Assembly: GCA_963733375.1 (NCBI GenBank)
Contig: CAVTDB010000006.1
Location: 38,095 to 102,094, forward strand
Direction of reading: 5' to 3'
Source: Nitrospirota bacterium
GTDB taxonomy: Bacteria > Nitrospirota > JACRHJ01
DNA: 64,000 nucleotides
Positions 47,761-58,033 of the stretch are shown here, piece by piece (position 1 is the stretch's first letter; every line of letters begins with the position of its first letter). Under the pieces are notes generated by a model. That model was not told the origin of the DNA, ran no database searches, and was given only the letters and a program-made list of their open reading frames with translations. The translations under genes and the position numbers were made by a program.

Positions 47761-47789
47761 AAAAACCCGCCCAAAATTGGGCGGGTTTT
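47746..47789. repeat. Terminator-like repeat, copy 3 (also the likely rpmB terminator on the minus strand)
   Basis: GGGAGCGGCAAATAAAAAAACCCGCCCAAAATTGGGCGGGTTTT; supplies the methyltransferase stop codon. Confidence 0.85.
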
Positions 47790-47807
47790 GATTTATCTCT
47801 TGAATTC

Positions 47808-47918
47808 CTGGATTCCCGCCTACGCGGGAATGACGGTTAGAGCGGATTCTTAGCTTCGCTCAGAATGACACCTTCCTTGACCCCTCGCCTTCCGGGAGAG
47901 GGGCAGGGGGTGAGGGCG
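47808..47918. repeat. Stack of three palindromic repeat types (dRS3-like ATTCCC-N8-GGGAAT; GATTCT...CAGAATGAC; CCCCTCGCC...GAGGGG)
   Basis: Copies or relatives at 62187-62260, 37954 and 18392. Confidence 0.75.
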
Positions 47919-47919
47919 C

Positions 47920-48138
47920 TTATACCGTCTTCGGCGCGGGCTTTGACGATACCGCCTTCGTAACCTTGCCCGTCCTGATGCAACGGGTGCAGACCAGCGT
48001 CTTCATCGTGGAGCCGCCGTTATCTACCCTGACGGGCTGAAGGTTCGGCTTGAATACCCTCTTCGATTTATTGTTCGCGTGGCTGACTTTGTTGCCTGTC
48101 TGCTGAGTTTTCCCGCATACTGAACATGCCCTTGACAT
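47920..48138 (-). CDS. rpmB: 50S ribosomal protein L28
   Basis: [30 protein letters not shown] and VCTRC. Confidence 0.96.
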   Translation of the reverse strand: MSRACSVCGKTQQTGNKVSHANNKSKRVFKPNLQPVRVDNGGSTMKTLVCTRCIRTGKVTKAVSSKPAPKTV

Positions 48139-48286
48139 TTATATACCTCCGAAAATTTTAATATTGCAAGAAAAGAGGCGCCTATGTTAACATCCACGGA
48201 TGCAGTAAGGAACAGGAGATAAAAACGAAATGAGCGCCATGACGAAGGAAATGTCATTTTCTAACACGGTTTCCTGAGCCTACGCA

Positions 48287-50522
48287 ATGGAACTCACCAC
48301 AAAAGCGGGTTCCGTCATAAACCAGACAACTATCCAGGCATCCGGGGGCAGCCGTACTTTTCGAGCTGTCCCAACCCATCCAGTATTTGAAGGGCGTCGG
48401 GCCGAAACGCGGCGAGCTGTTCTCAAAGCTCGGCATCGCGACGGTGAAAGACGCCCTTTACTATTTCCCGTACAGGTACGAGGACCGGGGCAACTTTAAG
48501 AAAATCGCCCGCGTCTCGTACGGCTCCTATGAGACCGTCACGGGCACGGTAATCTCCGCCGAAAACGTCACCACCCCAAGGCGGCGGATGAAGATCTTCG
48601 AACTGACCGTGAAAGACGAAACCGGCTATGTCACGGGTATCTGGTTCAACCAGCCCTATATGTCCAGGGTATTTCAGGAAGGGGCCAGGGTAATCCTCTA
48701 CGGGCTGGTGAAGCAGGACCAGTACAAGCATTACCGCCCGGTGATGGAGAACCCGGAGTACGAATTATAGAGGAGAGGCGGAGAGCGGCGGCGAGGGCGG
48801 GGACGATACGGTGCATACCGGCAGGGTCGTCCCGATTTATAAGGCCACCGCGGGCTTAAGCGTCCGCCAGATACGCACTATCATCAAGAACGTGGTGGAC
48901 GAGTACGCGCCGAAGCTTGGCGAGTTCCTGCCGGACGAGATGCTCGTAAAATATAAAATACCGGCCCTGCCAATCGCCGTTAAAGAAGCGCATTTTCCTT
49001 CAGCCGAAGCGGACGTAACCCTCCTGAACGCGAAGGGGACCAGGGCGCAGAAGCGGCTGATATTCGACGAGTTCCTGCTTCTGGAACTTGGGCTTCTGGC
49101 GATGAAGAAGGGCCGGACTCACGTCTCCGGCAGGGTTTTGAAAGGGGACGGCGGTCTTACGGAGAGAGTTCCGGGACCGGCTGCCGTTCAAAGTTGACCG
49201 ATGCGCAGGAGAACGCCGTCCGGGAGATAAGCCGGGACATGGAACGGCCGGCCCGGATGAACCGGCTTCTGCAGGGGGACGTCGGCTGCGGCAAGACGGT
49301 CGTGGCGATGATGGCCGTGCTCCAGGCGGCGGAGGCGGGCGTGCAGTCCGCGCTCATGGCGCCGACGGAGATACTTGCCGAACAGCATTATTTAAACGTG
49401 AAGAAGTGGCTAGCCCCCTTGGGCTGCACGTCGCGCTCCTGACCAGTTCGTTAAAGAAGAAAGAAAAGGACAACGCGCTGAAGGAGCTGTCGGAGGGAAG
49501 GCCGTACTCGCCGTGGGTACCCATTCGCTCATACAGGAAGGGGTGGCTTTCAACGACCTGGGGCTGGCAATCGTGGACGAGCAGCACCGCTTCGGCGTCA
49601 TGCAGAGGGCCGGATTATCCGGCAAAGGTGGCAAGGGTGGCGGTGAGCCGGTGGTGAAGGCGGTACAAGGGCTGGCCCTCAGCCGGACGTTCTGGTCATG
49701 ACCGCCACGCCGATACCCAGGACGCTTGCGCTTACGGTATATGGAGACCTCGATTTTTCGACTATCGATTCGCTGCCGCCGGGACGAAGCCCGGTGCGGA
49801 CGAAGCTTTTCGACAGCTCCGGACGGGCGGAAGCCTATCGGCTGATGAAGCGCGAGCTTCAAAGGGGCGCGCGGGGATACGTGGTATATCCGCTGGTCGA
49901 GGAGTCCGAGAAAAGCGACCTGAAGGCGGCCAAAGAGGGGGCGGAAAAGCTTGCGGAGATTTTTAAGGAATACCCGGTAGGGCTGCTGCACGGCCGGATG
50001 AAGCCGGACGAGAAGGAGTCCGTGATGGAGGATTTCCGTTCCGGTAAAATCAGGCTGCTAGTGGCGACTACGGTCATTGAGGTGGGCGTGGACGTGCCGG
50101 AGGCGACGGTGATGATGATAGAGCACGCGGAGCGCTTCGGCCTCTCCCAGCTACACCAGCTCCGGGGCAGGGTAGGCCGTGGGGCAGAGCAGTCCTACTG
50201 CATCCTGATGGCGGAGAAAATGACTGAAAATTCGCGCGAGAGGCTCCAGGCGATGCTGAAGCATACCTCGGGTTTTGATATAGCGGAAGACGATTTAAGG
50301 CTCCGTGGGCCGGGCGAGTTCTTCGGGACGAAGCAGTCCGGGCTCCCTGAAATATCTTACGGCGACATAATCCGCGATTATAAAATTATCGAGGCCGCCC
50401 GGAAGGAGGCTTCAGCTATAATTGAAAAGGACCCGGAGCTTCAAACCGAGACGGGCAAGGCGCTTGGACTGGAGCTTAAGGATAAGTGGAAGGACAGGCT
50501 GGAGCTTATAAAAATCAGTTAG
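48287..50522 (+). CDS. recG: ATP-dependent DNA helicase RecG (multiple frameshifts)
   Basis: [57 protein letters not shown] and DLRLRGPGE. Confidence 0.95.
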
Positions 50523-50532
50523 AGGTAATTCT

Positions 50533-50859
50533 ATGGTACTCTGGGACCGGGTTAAGAAAAGCATGGACGGCGGGATAGAGAAGGTGATGAGGGTATCGAA
50601 GGTCATCTCGGAGAGGACGCGCATCGAGGCCGCGGTGGCGAGGCTCCTTATCGACAAGGGGAGCCTTGAGATAAAAGAGGAGAAGGCGTACAAGAAGCTC
50701 GGCGAGCGCGTCTATTTCCTCTGGGAGCAGAAGAGCCACGGCGTGATGAGGGACCAGGACGTGCTGCAGGCGCTAACTGAGATAACCGGGATCCGGGAAG
50801 AGATCGCCTCAATTAAACTGAATATTCAGAAGATATCGCTTGGGGAAGAGGAAGCTTAA
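50533..50859 (+). CDS. Hypothetical helical/coiled-coil protein
   Basis: 108-aa ORF with GAGG RBS tightly packed between recG and pilD. Confidence 0.7.
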   Translation: MVLWDRVKKSMDGGIEKVMRVSKVISERTRIEAAVARLLIDKGSLEIKEEKAYKKLGERVYFLWEQKSHGVMRDQDVLQALTEITGIREEIASIKLNIQKISLGEEEA

Positions 50860-51642
50860 GTGGAACTTTTCATCTATTTCGTCTATATCGAGGTTTTTAT
50901 AGTCGGGCTCGTCGTCGGGAGCTTCCTGAACGTCTGCATATACCGGGTCCCGAGGAGAAGGTCGATTGTAACCCCGCCGTCCGCCTGCCCGAACTGCGGC
51001 AATAAAATAAAGCCCTGGCACAACATCCCCGTCCTGAGCTATGTACTCCTGCGCGGGAGATGCGCCTACTGCGGCGCCGGGATTTCACCCAGATATCCCC
51101 TCATAGAGCTTTTGAACGCTCTGTTTTACGTCGCCGCGCTTTACCGTTTCGGGTTTCATCCGGCCAGCTTTTTGATAATGGCCCTTATTTCAGCTTTTAT
51201 TGTCGTAACCTTCATAGACCTGGACCACCAGATAATACCGGACGGGATAACCCTTCCGGGAATCGTCCTGGGGCTTATCCTGGGGCCGCTGGTACTCAGG
51301 AACCCCGCTATCCCCTGGCATACGGGTTTTATAAATTCCCTTCTGGGCATGGTGGTGGGCGGGGGGATATTCTATATAATAGCCGTCCTCAGCCGCGGAG
51401 GGATGGGCGGAGGCGACATAAAGCTCATCGCGATGATCGGGGCCTTCCTGGGATGGAAGGCGGTCCTCCTGACGATTTTCGTGGGTTCGCTGCTTGGCGC
51501 CGTCGTCGGCATCTGGCTTATGGTGTTCAAGGGAATGAAAAGGAAAACGCCCATACCTTTCGGTCCGTTCCTGGTCGCCGGGGCGATGGCGGCAATATTT
51601 TGCGGGTCGACTTTTTTAAAATGGTATGGCAGGCTGGTTTGA
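50860..51642 (+). CDS. pilD: Prepilin peptidase/N-methyltransferase
   Basis: GSFLNVCIYR, CPNC and CAYC, IDLDHQIIPD, GMGGGDIKL and IPFGPFL. Confidence 0.94.
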   Translation: MELFIYFVYIEVFIVGLVVGSFLNVCIYRVPRRRSIVTPPSACPNCGNKIKPWHNIPVLSYVLLRGRCAYCGAGISPRYPLIELLNALFYVAALYRFGFHPASFLIMALISAFIVVTFIDLDHQIIPDGITLPGIVLGLILGPLVLRNPAIPWHTGFINSLLGMVVGGGIFYIIAVLSRGGMGGGDIKLIAMIGAFLGWKAVLLTIFVGSLLGAVVGIWLMVFKGMKRKTPIPFGPFLVAGAMAAIFCGSTFLKWYGRLV

Positions 51643-51836
51643 CAGGACGAAGGCTGCGCGGAGAAGGTCAAAGACGAGCCGGCGCCGGTACTTCCCTTCC
51701 ATTAATTTACTTGACAACCTGATGGCCTGCTTGTATAATCCTTCTGTTTTTTTAGCTCTTTATGCCACTTCCCCAGAGGCTGTTGGCCCCTTGGGAAGGA
51801 TAGGTGTTTTTTTGCGCCCTTTTTCGGGAGAGGGTC

Positions 51837-52355
51837 ATGGAAATAAAGGTCGTTGACATCCCCGAGGAGGGTCTGAAGCTCGACCTGACCTACGAAGCCG
51901 CGGATTTCGAGGGCCTTGGCGAAGAGGTAAGAGTCTCCTCGCAGGTAAAGGCGGTTTTTTCGCTGAAGAAGATCGAGACGACGGTTTACCTTACCGGGGG
52001 CATGGAGGCCGATGTCGAGCTTGCCTGTTCCAGGTGCGGAAAGCCTTTCGAGGTCCACATGACGGCCCAGTTCAAACTGGACATGGTCCCGGCGGAGTCC
52101 CTGTCCCGCGAGGAGGAGAGAGAACTCCAGGCGGGAGACCTCGAAGTGGAGTTTTATAAAAACGGTGTAATCGACTTTAAGGATTTCCTGCGCGAGCAGG
52201 TCCTCCTGCAGGTCCCGATGAAGCCGCTTTGCGTGGAAGACTGCCGGGGGCTCTGCCAGTACTGCGGCCAGGACCTGAACTTAGCTCAGTGCGAGTGCGA
52301 ACCGCCGACGGGACATCCGGGCCTGTCGGGCTTGAAAGACCTTCTGGAAAAGTAG
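51837..52355 (+). CDS. YceD/DUF177 protein
   Basis: CSRC, PMKPLC.EDCRGLC..CG.DLN...C; lies upstream of rpmF. Confidence 0.9.
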   Translation: MEIKVVDIPEEGLKLDLTYEAADFEGLGEEVRVSSQVKAVFSLKKIETTVYLTGGMEADVELACSRCGKPFEVHMTAQFKLDMVPAESLSREEERELQAGDLEVEFYKNGVIDFKDFLREQVLLQVPMKPLCVEDCRGLCQYCGQDLNLAQCECEPPTGHPGLSGLKDLLEK

Positions 52356-52374
52356 AAAAAAGGAGAAGCTGTAG

Positions 52375-52557
52375 ATGGCAAACCCAACTAATAAAACCTC
52401 CAAAGCCAGGACAGGCAAGAGGAGGACTCACAAGATTCTTCATCCCCCGAACGTCGGGGTCTGTCCGCAGTGCCACGAACCGAAGCTGCCCCACCGCGTG
52501 TGCATGAGCTGCGGGACTTACAAGGGCCGCGAGGTCGTTAAAATCGAAGAGATCTGA
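52375..52557 (+). CDS. rpmF: 50S ribosomal protein L32
   Basis: MANP..KTSK, CPQC and PHRVC..CGTYKGR. Confidence 0.96.
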   Translation: MANPTNKTSKARTGKRRTHKILHPPNVGVCPQCHEPKLPHRVCMSCGTYKGREVVKIEEI

Positions 52558-52570
52558 CGCTGGACCGCCA

Positions 52571-53612
52571 ATGAGGATAGCCGTAGATGCCATGGGGGGT
52601 GATTTTGCCCCAGAGGCAGCCGTAAAAGGCGCGGTGGAGGCGGCGCGCGAGCTGGGGGTCGGCATTATACTGGTCGGCGACCAGGCTAAGGTGAACCGCG
52701 AGCTTGCGCTTCTGTGACACCTCCGGGCTCGACATCCAGGTCCGCCACACCTCGCAGACAGTGGAAATGGGGGACCCGGCCACCGTTGTGCTCCGCAAGA
52801 AGAAAGACTCTTCGATAAGGGTTGCCGCCGAGTTGGTCAAGGCGGGCGAGGCGGTCGCGGTCGTCAGCGCGGGTAACTCCGGCGCGGCGATGGCTTCCGC
52901 CCTTTTCGTCCTCGGCACCATGAAAGGCGTGGAGCGCCCGGCGATAGCGGCGAGGCTCCCGAACATAAACGGCTTCTCGCTGGTCCTGGACGTGGGCGCC
53001 AACGTGGACTGCAAGGCCGTCCACCTCCACCAGTTCGCCGTGATGGGGGACGTGTTCTCCCGCAAGGTGCTGGGCGTGACGAAGCCGAAGGTGGGCCTTC
53101 TGTCAATCGGCGAGGAGGACACCAAGGGCAACGAGCTGACGAAAGAGACGTTCAAGCTGCTCAAAGGCAGCGGGTTGAACTTCATAGGCAACGTGGAAGG
53201 CAGGGACATCTTCAACGGCAGGACGGACATAGTCGTCTGCGACGGGTTTATCGGGAACGTGGCCCTGAAGATAAGCGAAGGCCTGGCCGAGGCCATGAAC
53301 GCGCTCCTCAGGCACGAGATAGAAGAAGCGATAGGCGGCCAGGTAGGGTATATGCTGCTTCGGGGAGCGTTCAGGAACTTCAAGAAGAAAATAGATTATT
53401 CCGAGTATGGAGGCGCTCCGCTTTTGGGCATCAACGGGATCTGCATAATAAGCCACGGCCATTCCACTCCCAAGGCCATAAAAAACGCTATAAAGGCCGC
53501 ACGGGACTTCCACGCGAAGCAGGTGAACCGGCACATCCAGGAGGACATCGAGCTGATGGTCGCCGGACTGCCTCCCGCCGCCGCCCACGAAAAAGAAGGC
53601 ATATATAAATGA
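52571..53612 (+). CDS. plsX: Phosphate acyltransferase PlsX (frameshift near 52710)
   Basis: [39 protein letters not shown] and GGAPLLG. Confidence 0.95.
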
Positions 53613-54590
53613 TAAGGTCCAAGGTTCTGGGGACCGGGTCGTTCGCGCCTGAAATGGTGCTTACCAACCACGACCTGGAGAAGATGGTGGATACCGACGA
53701 CGACTGGATTGTAGAGAGGACCGGCATCCGCGAGAGGAGGATAGCGGACAAGGACGTCGCCTCCTCGGACCTGGCATTCGAGGCGGCGAAGCGGGCGCTT
53801 AAGATGGCGGGTCATAAAGGCCTCCCAGTTAGACCTGATAATCGTCGCCACGGTAACGCCGGACATGCTCTTCCCCGCCACCGCCTGCATCCTCCAGGCG
53901 AAGCTGGGGGCCAGGAACGCCATCGCATTCGACATATCCGCAGCTTGCTCGGGCTTCATATTCGCGCTTGCCACGGCGGATAATTTTATAAAGGCCGGCG
54001 CATATAAAAACGCGCTGGTCGTCGGGACGGAGACGCTTTCCAAGATAACCGACTGGACGGACAGGAACACCTGCGTCCTTTTCGGCGACGGCGCGGGCGC
54101 CGCGATAATCGGCAAGTCGGAGGACGGGCGCGGCATTTATTCCACCCACCTGCACACCAACGGAAAGCAGGGAGACCTCTTGTTCATGCCCGGCGGCGGG
54201 TCGCTCCATCCCGCAACCCTCCACAGCATCGAATCGAGGATGCACTTCATCAAGATGCGCGGCAACGAGACTTTCAAGATAGCCGTCCGCGCCCTGGAGG
54301 ACGTCGTGAACGAGGCGCTCAAATGCAACGGGCTGAAGGCGTCCGATATCGACATGGTAGTGCCGCACCAGGCGAACCTCCGTATAATCCAGGCGACGGC
54401 GAAACGCCTTGGCATACCGATGGATAAGGTCGTGGTGACGCTCGACAGGTACGGCAACACCTCCGCGGCGTCCATCCCGATCGCGCTGGACGAAGCGGTC
54501 AGAGACGGCCGCATCGGCCCCGGAAAGAACGTGATCCTCGAAGCCTTCGGCGGCGGGCTGTCCTGGGCGTCGGCATTGATTAAATGGTAG
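53609..54590 (+). CDS. fabH: 3-oxoacyl-ACP synthase III (frameshift near 53820)
   Basis: [27 protein letters not shown] and GNTSAAS. Confidence 0.96.
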
Positions 54591-54593
54591 ATT

Positions 54594-54690
54594 CGTTACC
54601 TCTTAAAAAGGTAACACCAAGAACTTTTAAACTGTTTTTACTGTCCCGCTTTCTTTTGGTTACTTTTCTTTCTCGTGAAAGAAAAGTAAC
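54594..54690. repeat. Bipartite GTTAC...GTAAC repeat (copy B)
   Basis: Colinear with 35371-35470. Confidence 0.85.
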
Positions 54691-54709
54691 GAATTTGAGG
54701 AGGTCTTGT

Positions 54710-55870
54710 TTGGATTATTTCTTAACTGAGACGCAGCAGGAAATACAGAACCTCGCCCGGCAGATAGCACGGGAAAAGGTGAAGCCCGTAAGGGCGGAGC
54801 TGGACGAGAAAGAGGAATTTCCCTGGGAGATAATGAAGGTGCTGGCCCAGTCGGACCTGTTCGGCGTGTATATCCCGGAGGAGTACGGCGGCTTGGGCGG
54901 CGGGGCGTTCGAGAACTGCCTTGCGGTGGAAGAGCTCTCCCGCGCCTGCATCGGCGTCTCGGTCAGCTTCGCGGCCAGCGGCCTTGGCGCTTATCCCATA
55001 CTGCTGTTCGGCTCCGAGGAGCAGAAAAAGAAGTACCTGCCCCAGATAGCGTCCGGCGAGAAGCTCGCGGCCTTCGGGCTTACCGAAGCCGGCGCGGGCT
55101 CGGATGCCGGAGGGACTCGAACGACCGCCGTGCTGGACGGAAACGAGTACGTGCTGAACGGGACGAAGCAGTGGATAACCAACGGCGGCGAGGCGGAGAT
55201 TTATACAGTCATCGCCATGACAAACCCCGCTAAGGGCAGCCGGGGCGCATCCGCGTTCATCGTGGAAAAGGGCACGCCCGGCTTCTCGTTCGGCAAGAAA
55301 GAGAAGAAGATGGGCATCCGCGCTTCCGCGACCCGCGAGCTTGTGTTCGAGAACTGCCGGATACCCAAGGAGAACCTGCTTTCGAAAGAGGGCATGGGCT
55401 TCCTGGCCGCGATGAAGACGCTGGATAAGTCCCGCCCCGGCATCGGCGCGCAGGCGGTAGGCCTGGCCCAGGGCGCGATAGACGAGTGCGTGGACTATGC
55501 GAGGGAGAGGCGGCAGTTCGACCAGCCCATCATATCCTTCCAGGCCATACAGCACATGCTGGCGGACATGGACACGCAGACGGAGGCCGCGAGGGCGCTG
55601 GTATATGCCGTGGCGAGGTTTGTGGACTCGGACCCGAAAGACGTATCCAAGGCGTCGGCGATGGCAAAGCTTTTCGCATCCGACGTCGCGATGAAGGTGA
55701 CGGTGGACGCGGTCCAGATAATGGGCGGCTACGGCTACATGCGCGAATACCCGGTCGAGAAGATGATGCGCGACGCGAAGATCCTCCAGATATACGAAGG
55801 CACGAACCAGATACAGAGGAACGTTATCGGGACGGCCATAATTAAAGAAGCCGCGGCGAAGAAGAAATAA
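54710..55870 (+). CDS. Acyl-CoA dehydrogenase (Bcd/CarC-like)
   Basis: RBS GAGGAGG plus TTG; AFGLTEAGAGSD, NGTKQWITNG, KMGIRAS and RDAKILQIYEGTNQIQR. Confidence 0.95.
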   Translation: MDYFLTETQQEIQNLARQIAREKVKPVRAELDEKEEFPWEIMKVLAQSDLFGVYIPEEYGGLGGGAFENCLAVEELSRACIGVSVSFAASGLGAYPILLFGSEEQKKKYLPQIASGEKLAAFGLTEAGAGSDAGGTRTTAVLDGNEYVLNGTKQWITNGGEAEIYTVIAMTNPAKGSRGASAFIVEKGTPGFSFGKKEKKMGIRASATRELVFENCRIPKENLLSKEGMGFLAAMKTLDKSRPGIGAQAVGLAQGAIDECVDYARERRQFDQPIISFQAIQHMLADMDTQTEAARALVYAVARFVDSDPKDVSKASAMAKLFASDVAMKVTVDAVQIMGGYGYMREYPVEKMMRDAKILQIYEGTNQIQRNVIGTAIIKEAAAKKK

Positions 55871-55871
55871 A

Positions 55872-55969
55872 ACCGTTACTTTTCTTTCCGGTGAAAGAAA
55901 AGTAACCAAAAGAAAGCCGGACAGTTTAGCTTTTCTTTGGTTACTTTCTTTTCTCGAAAAGAAAGTGAC
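55872..55969. repeat. GTTAC...GTAAC repeat (copy C, two hairpins)
   Basis: The first half is a near-identical reverse complement of 35415-35470. Confidence 0.85.
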
Positions 55970-55982
55970 AAGGACTTTGACT

Positions 55983-56768
55983 ATGAACATTGCAGTCTGC
56001 GTAAAACAGGTACCTGACGCCTCCGACGTAAAGATAGACAAGGCCACCGGCACGATGGTGCGCGAGGGCGTGCCGTCCATCCTGAACCCGTTCGACGGTT
56101 ACGCCGTCGAGGAGGCCATACGCCTGAAGGAAAAGCATGGCGGTAAGGTCACGGCCGTGACGATGGGGCCGCCCCAGGCCGGCGATGTCTTAAGGCACGT
56201 CGTGGCGATGGGGGTGGACGAGGTCCTGCTTATCTCCGACCGCGCTTTCGCCGGGGCGGATACCTGGGCCACTTCCTATACGCTTGGGCTTGGGCTTAAA
56301 AAGCTCGGCCCGCTCGACCTCGTCATCTGCGGGAAGCAGGCGATCGACGGCGACACAGCGCAGGTCGGGCCGGGCGTTGCCGAGAACCTGGGACTGCCGT
56401 TCGTCGCATACGTCCGCAAGGTCGTGGAGGTATTGGACGGCAAGATGAAGGTGGAGCGGCTGATCGAGGACGGGTACGAAGTGGTGGAGGTGACCCTCCC
56501 CGCGGTGATAACCGTGGTGAAGGAGATCAACACGCCCCGGATGCCGTCCCTCAAAGGCAAGATGAAAGCGAAATCGATGGATATAAAACCGCTTGGCGCC
56601 GAAGCGCTTGGAGCCGAAGCGGATAAAATTGGACTCACCGGTTCGCCCACCAAGGTGATGAAAGTCTTCTCCCCGCCGCCCAAAGGGAACCGTGAAAAAA
56701 TAGAGGGCACGCCCCAGGAGCAGGCGGCGAAGCTTGCCGAAAAGCTGAAGGAATTAAAAGTTATATAA
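55983..56768 (+). CDS. etfB: Electron transfer flavoprotein beta subunit
   Basis: VCVKQVPD, DRAFAGADT, GKQAIDGDTAQVG and PRMPSL. Confidence 0.96.
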   Translation: MNIAVCVKQVPDASDVKIDKATGTMVREGVPSILNPFDGYAVEEAIRLKEKHGGKVTAVTMGPPQAGDVLRHVVAMGVDEVLLISDRAFAGADTWATSYTLGLGLKKLGPLDLVICGKQAIDGDTAQVGPGVAENLGLPFVAYVRKVVEVLDGKMKVERLIEDGYEVVEVTLPAVITVVKEINTPRMPSLKGKMKAKSMDIKPLGAEALGAEADKIGLTGSPTKVMKVFSPPPKGNREKIEGTPQEQAAKLAEKLKELKVI

Positions 56769-56780
56769 GTTCATTTAACA

Positions 56781-56818
56781 CAAAAGTTTTTGGCGTTACC
56801 TTTTTCCAAAAAGGTAAC
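56781..56818. repeat. GTTAC...GTAAC repeat (copy D, single hairpin)
   Basis: Reverse complement of the first half of copy A. Confidence 0.8.
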
Positions 56819-56841
56819 AAAGGTTTCAGGTAAGGATTTAA

Positions 56842-58033
56842 ATGGGAATCATAGTAAAAGTAGATCTCTGCGTCGGATGCGAAGCCTGCGTCAACGAATG
56901 CCCGTTCGGGGCAATCGAGATGAAGGACGAGAAGGCCGTCATCGGCGACAAATGCACGCTCTGCGGGTCCTGCGTGGACATCTGCCCCTCCTACGCCATC
57001 GAGATGGTCGAGGAGCTCAACAGTAAACCAGCGGCGGACCTTTCGGCGTATAAAGGAGTCTGGGTATTCGCGGAGCAGAGGAATAATAAAATAATCCCCG
57101 TGGCGTTCGAGCTTCTGGGCGAGGGACGGCGTCTGGCCGACTCTCTTGGCGAGGACCTCTCGGCCGTCCTTTTCGGGACCGGGATGAGCGAGAGCGCAAA
57201 GTCGTTGATAGAAGCTGGTGCGGACAAGGTTTACCTGATAGAAGACCCGCTGTTGAGCGAGTTCCATGAGGACGCCTACGCCGACGCGCTGTCCGGGCTT
57301 ATAGAAAAATACAAGCCGGAAATAGTCCTGGCGGGCGCGACTTCGATAGGCCGCGCATTCGTCCCCATCGTCGCGACCCGTGTACGCACAGGTCTTACAG
57401 CGGACTGCACGGCTCTTGGCATAGATGCGGAGAAGAAAATCCTGCTCCAGACCCGCCCGGCATTCGGCGGCAATATCATGGCGACAATCGCATGCCCCGA
57501 TAACCGGCCCCAGATGTCGACAGTGCGTCCCGGCGTGATGAAACGCCTGCCGGCGGACGGTGCAAGGACAGGGGAAATAATAAAGGAAACTCCGCCCCAT
57601 CCTTTTACCACGATGACGAAGCTCCTTGAGACGATAGAGGAAGCCGGGCACAAGATAAATATTTCAGAGGCGGAGATAATCGTCGCCGGCGGGCGCGGCA
57701 TGGGCGATAAGGGTTTCGAACTGCTGAAAGAAATCGCGGACATGCTTGGCGGAGTGGTTGGCGCGACGCGCGCGGCGGTGGACTCCGGCTGGGTGCCCTA
57801 CCCGCACCAGATAGGCCAGACCGGACGGACGGTAAGCCCGAAGCTCTATATCGCCTGCGGGATATCCGGCGCGATCCAGCACCTTGCGGGAATGCAGTCC
57901 TCCGATTTCATAATCGCGATAAACAAGGACCCGGACGCTCCGATATTCAACGTGGCCGATATAGGCATCGTGGGCGACGTTTTCGCAGGTGCTCCCGGCG
58001 TTCGCGAAGAAGCTTAAGGAGATGAGGGGCTGA
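56842..58033 (+). CDS. etfA: Electron transfer flavoprotein alpha subunit with N-terminal 2x[4Fe-4S] domain (frameshift near the 3' end)
   Basis: [12 protein letters not shown] and [12 protein letters not shown]; [21 protein letters not shown] and GISGAIQH. Confidence 0.95.

Noticed and set aside
46565-47789. CRISPR array or classical integron
   Set aside because: The repeats are separated by 400-750 bp containing genes; there are no cas or intI genes and no clear RYYYAAC/GTTRRRY attC ends.
54722-56080. Long antisense ORFs (also 60991-62172, 43179-44039 and 270-1226)
   Set aside because: They are shadow ORFs of GC-rich, codon-biased sense genes with no motifs of their own.
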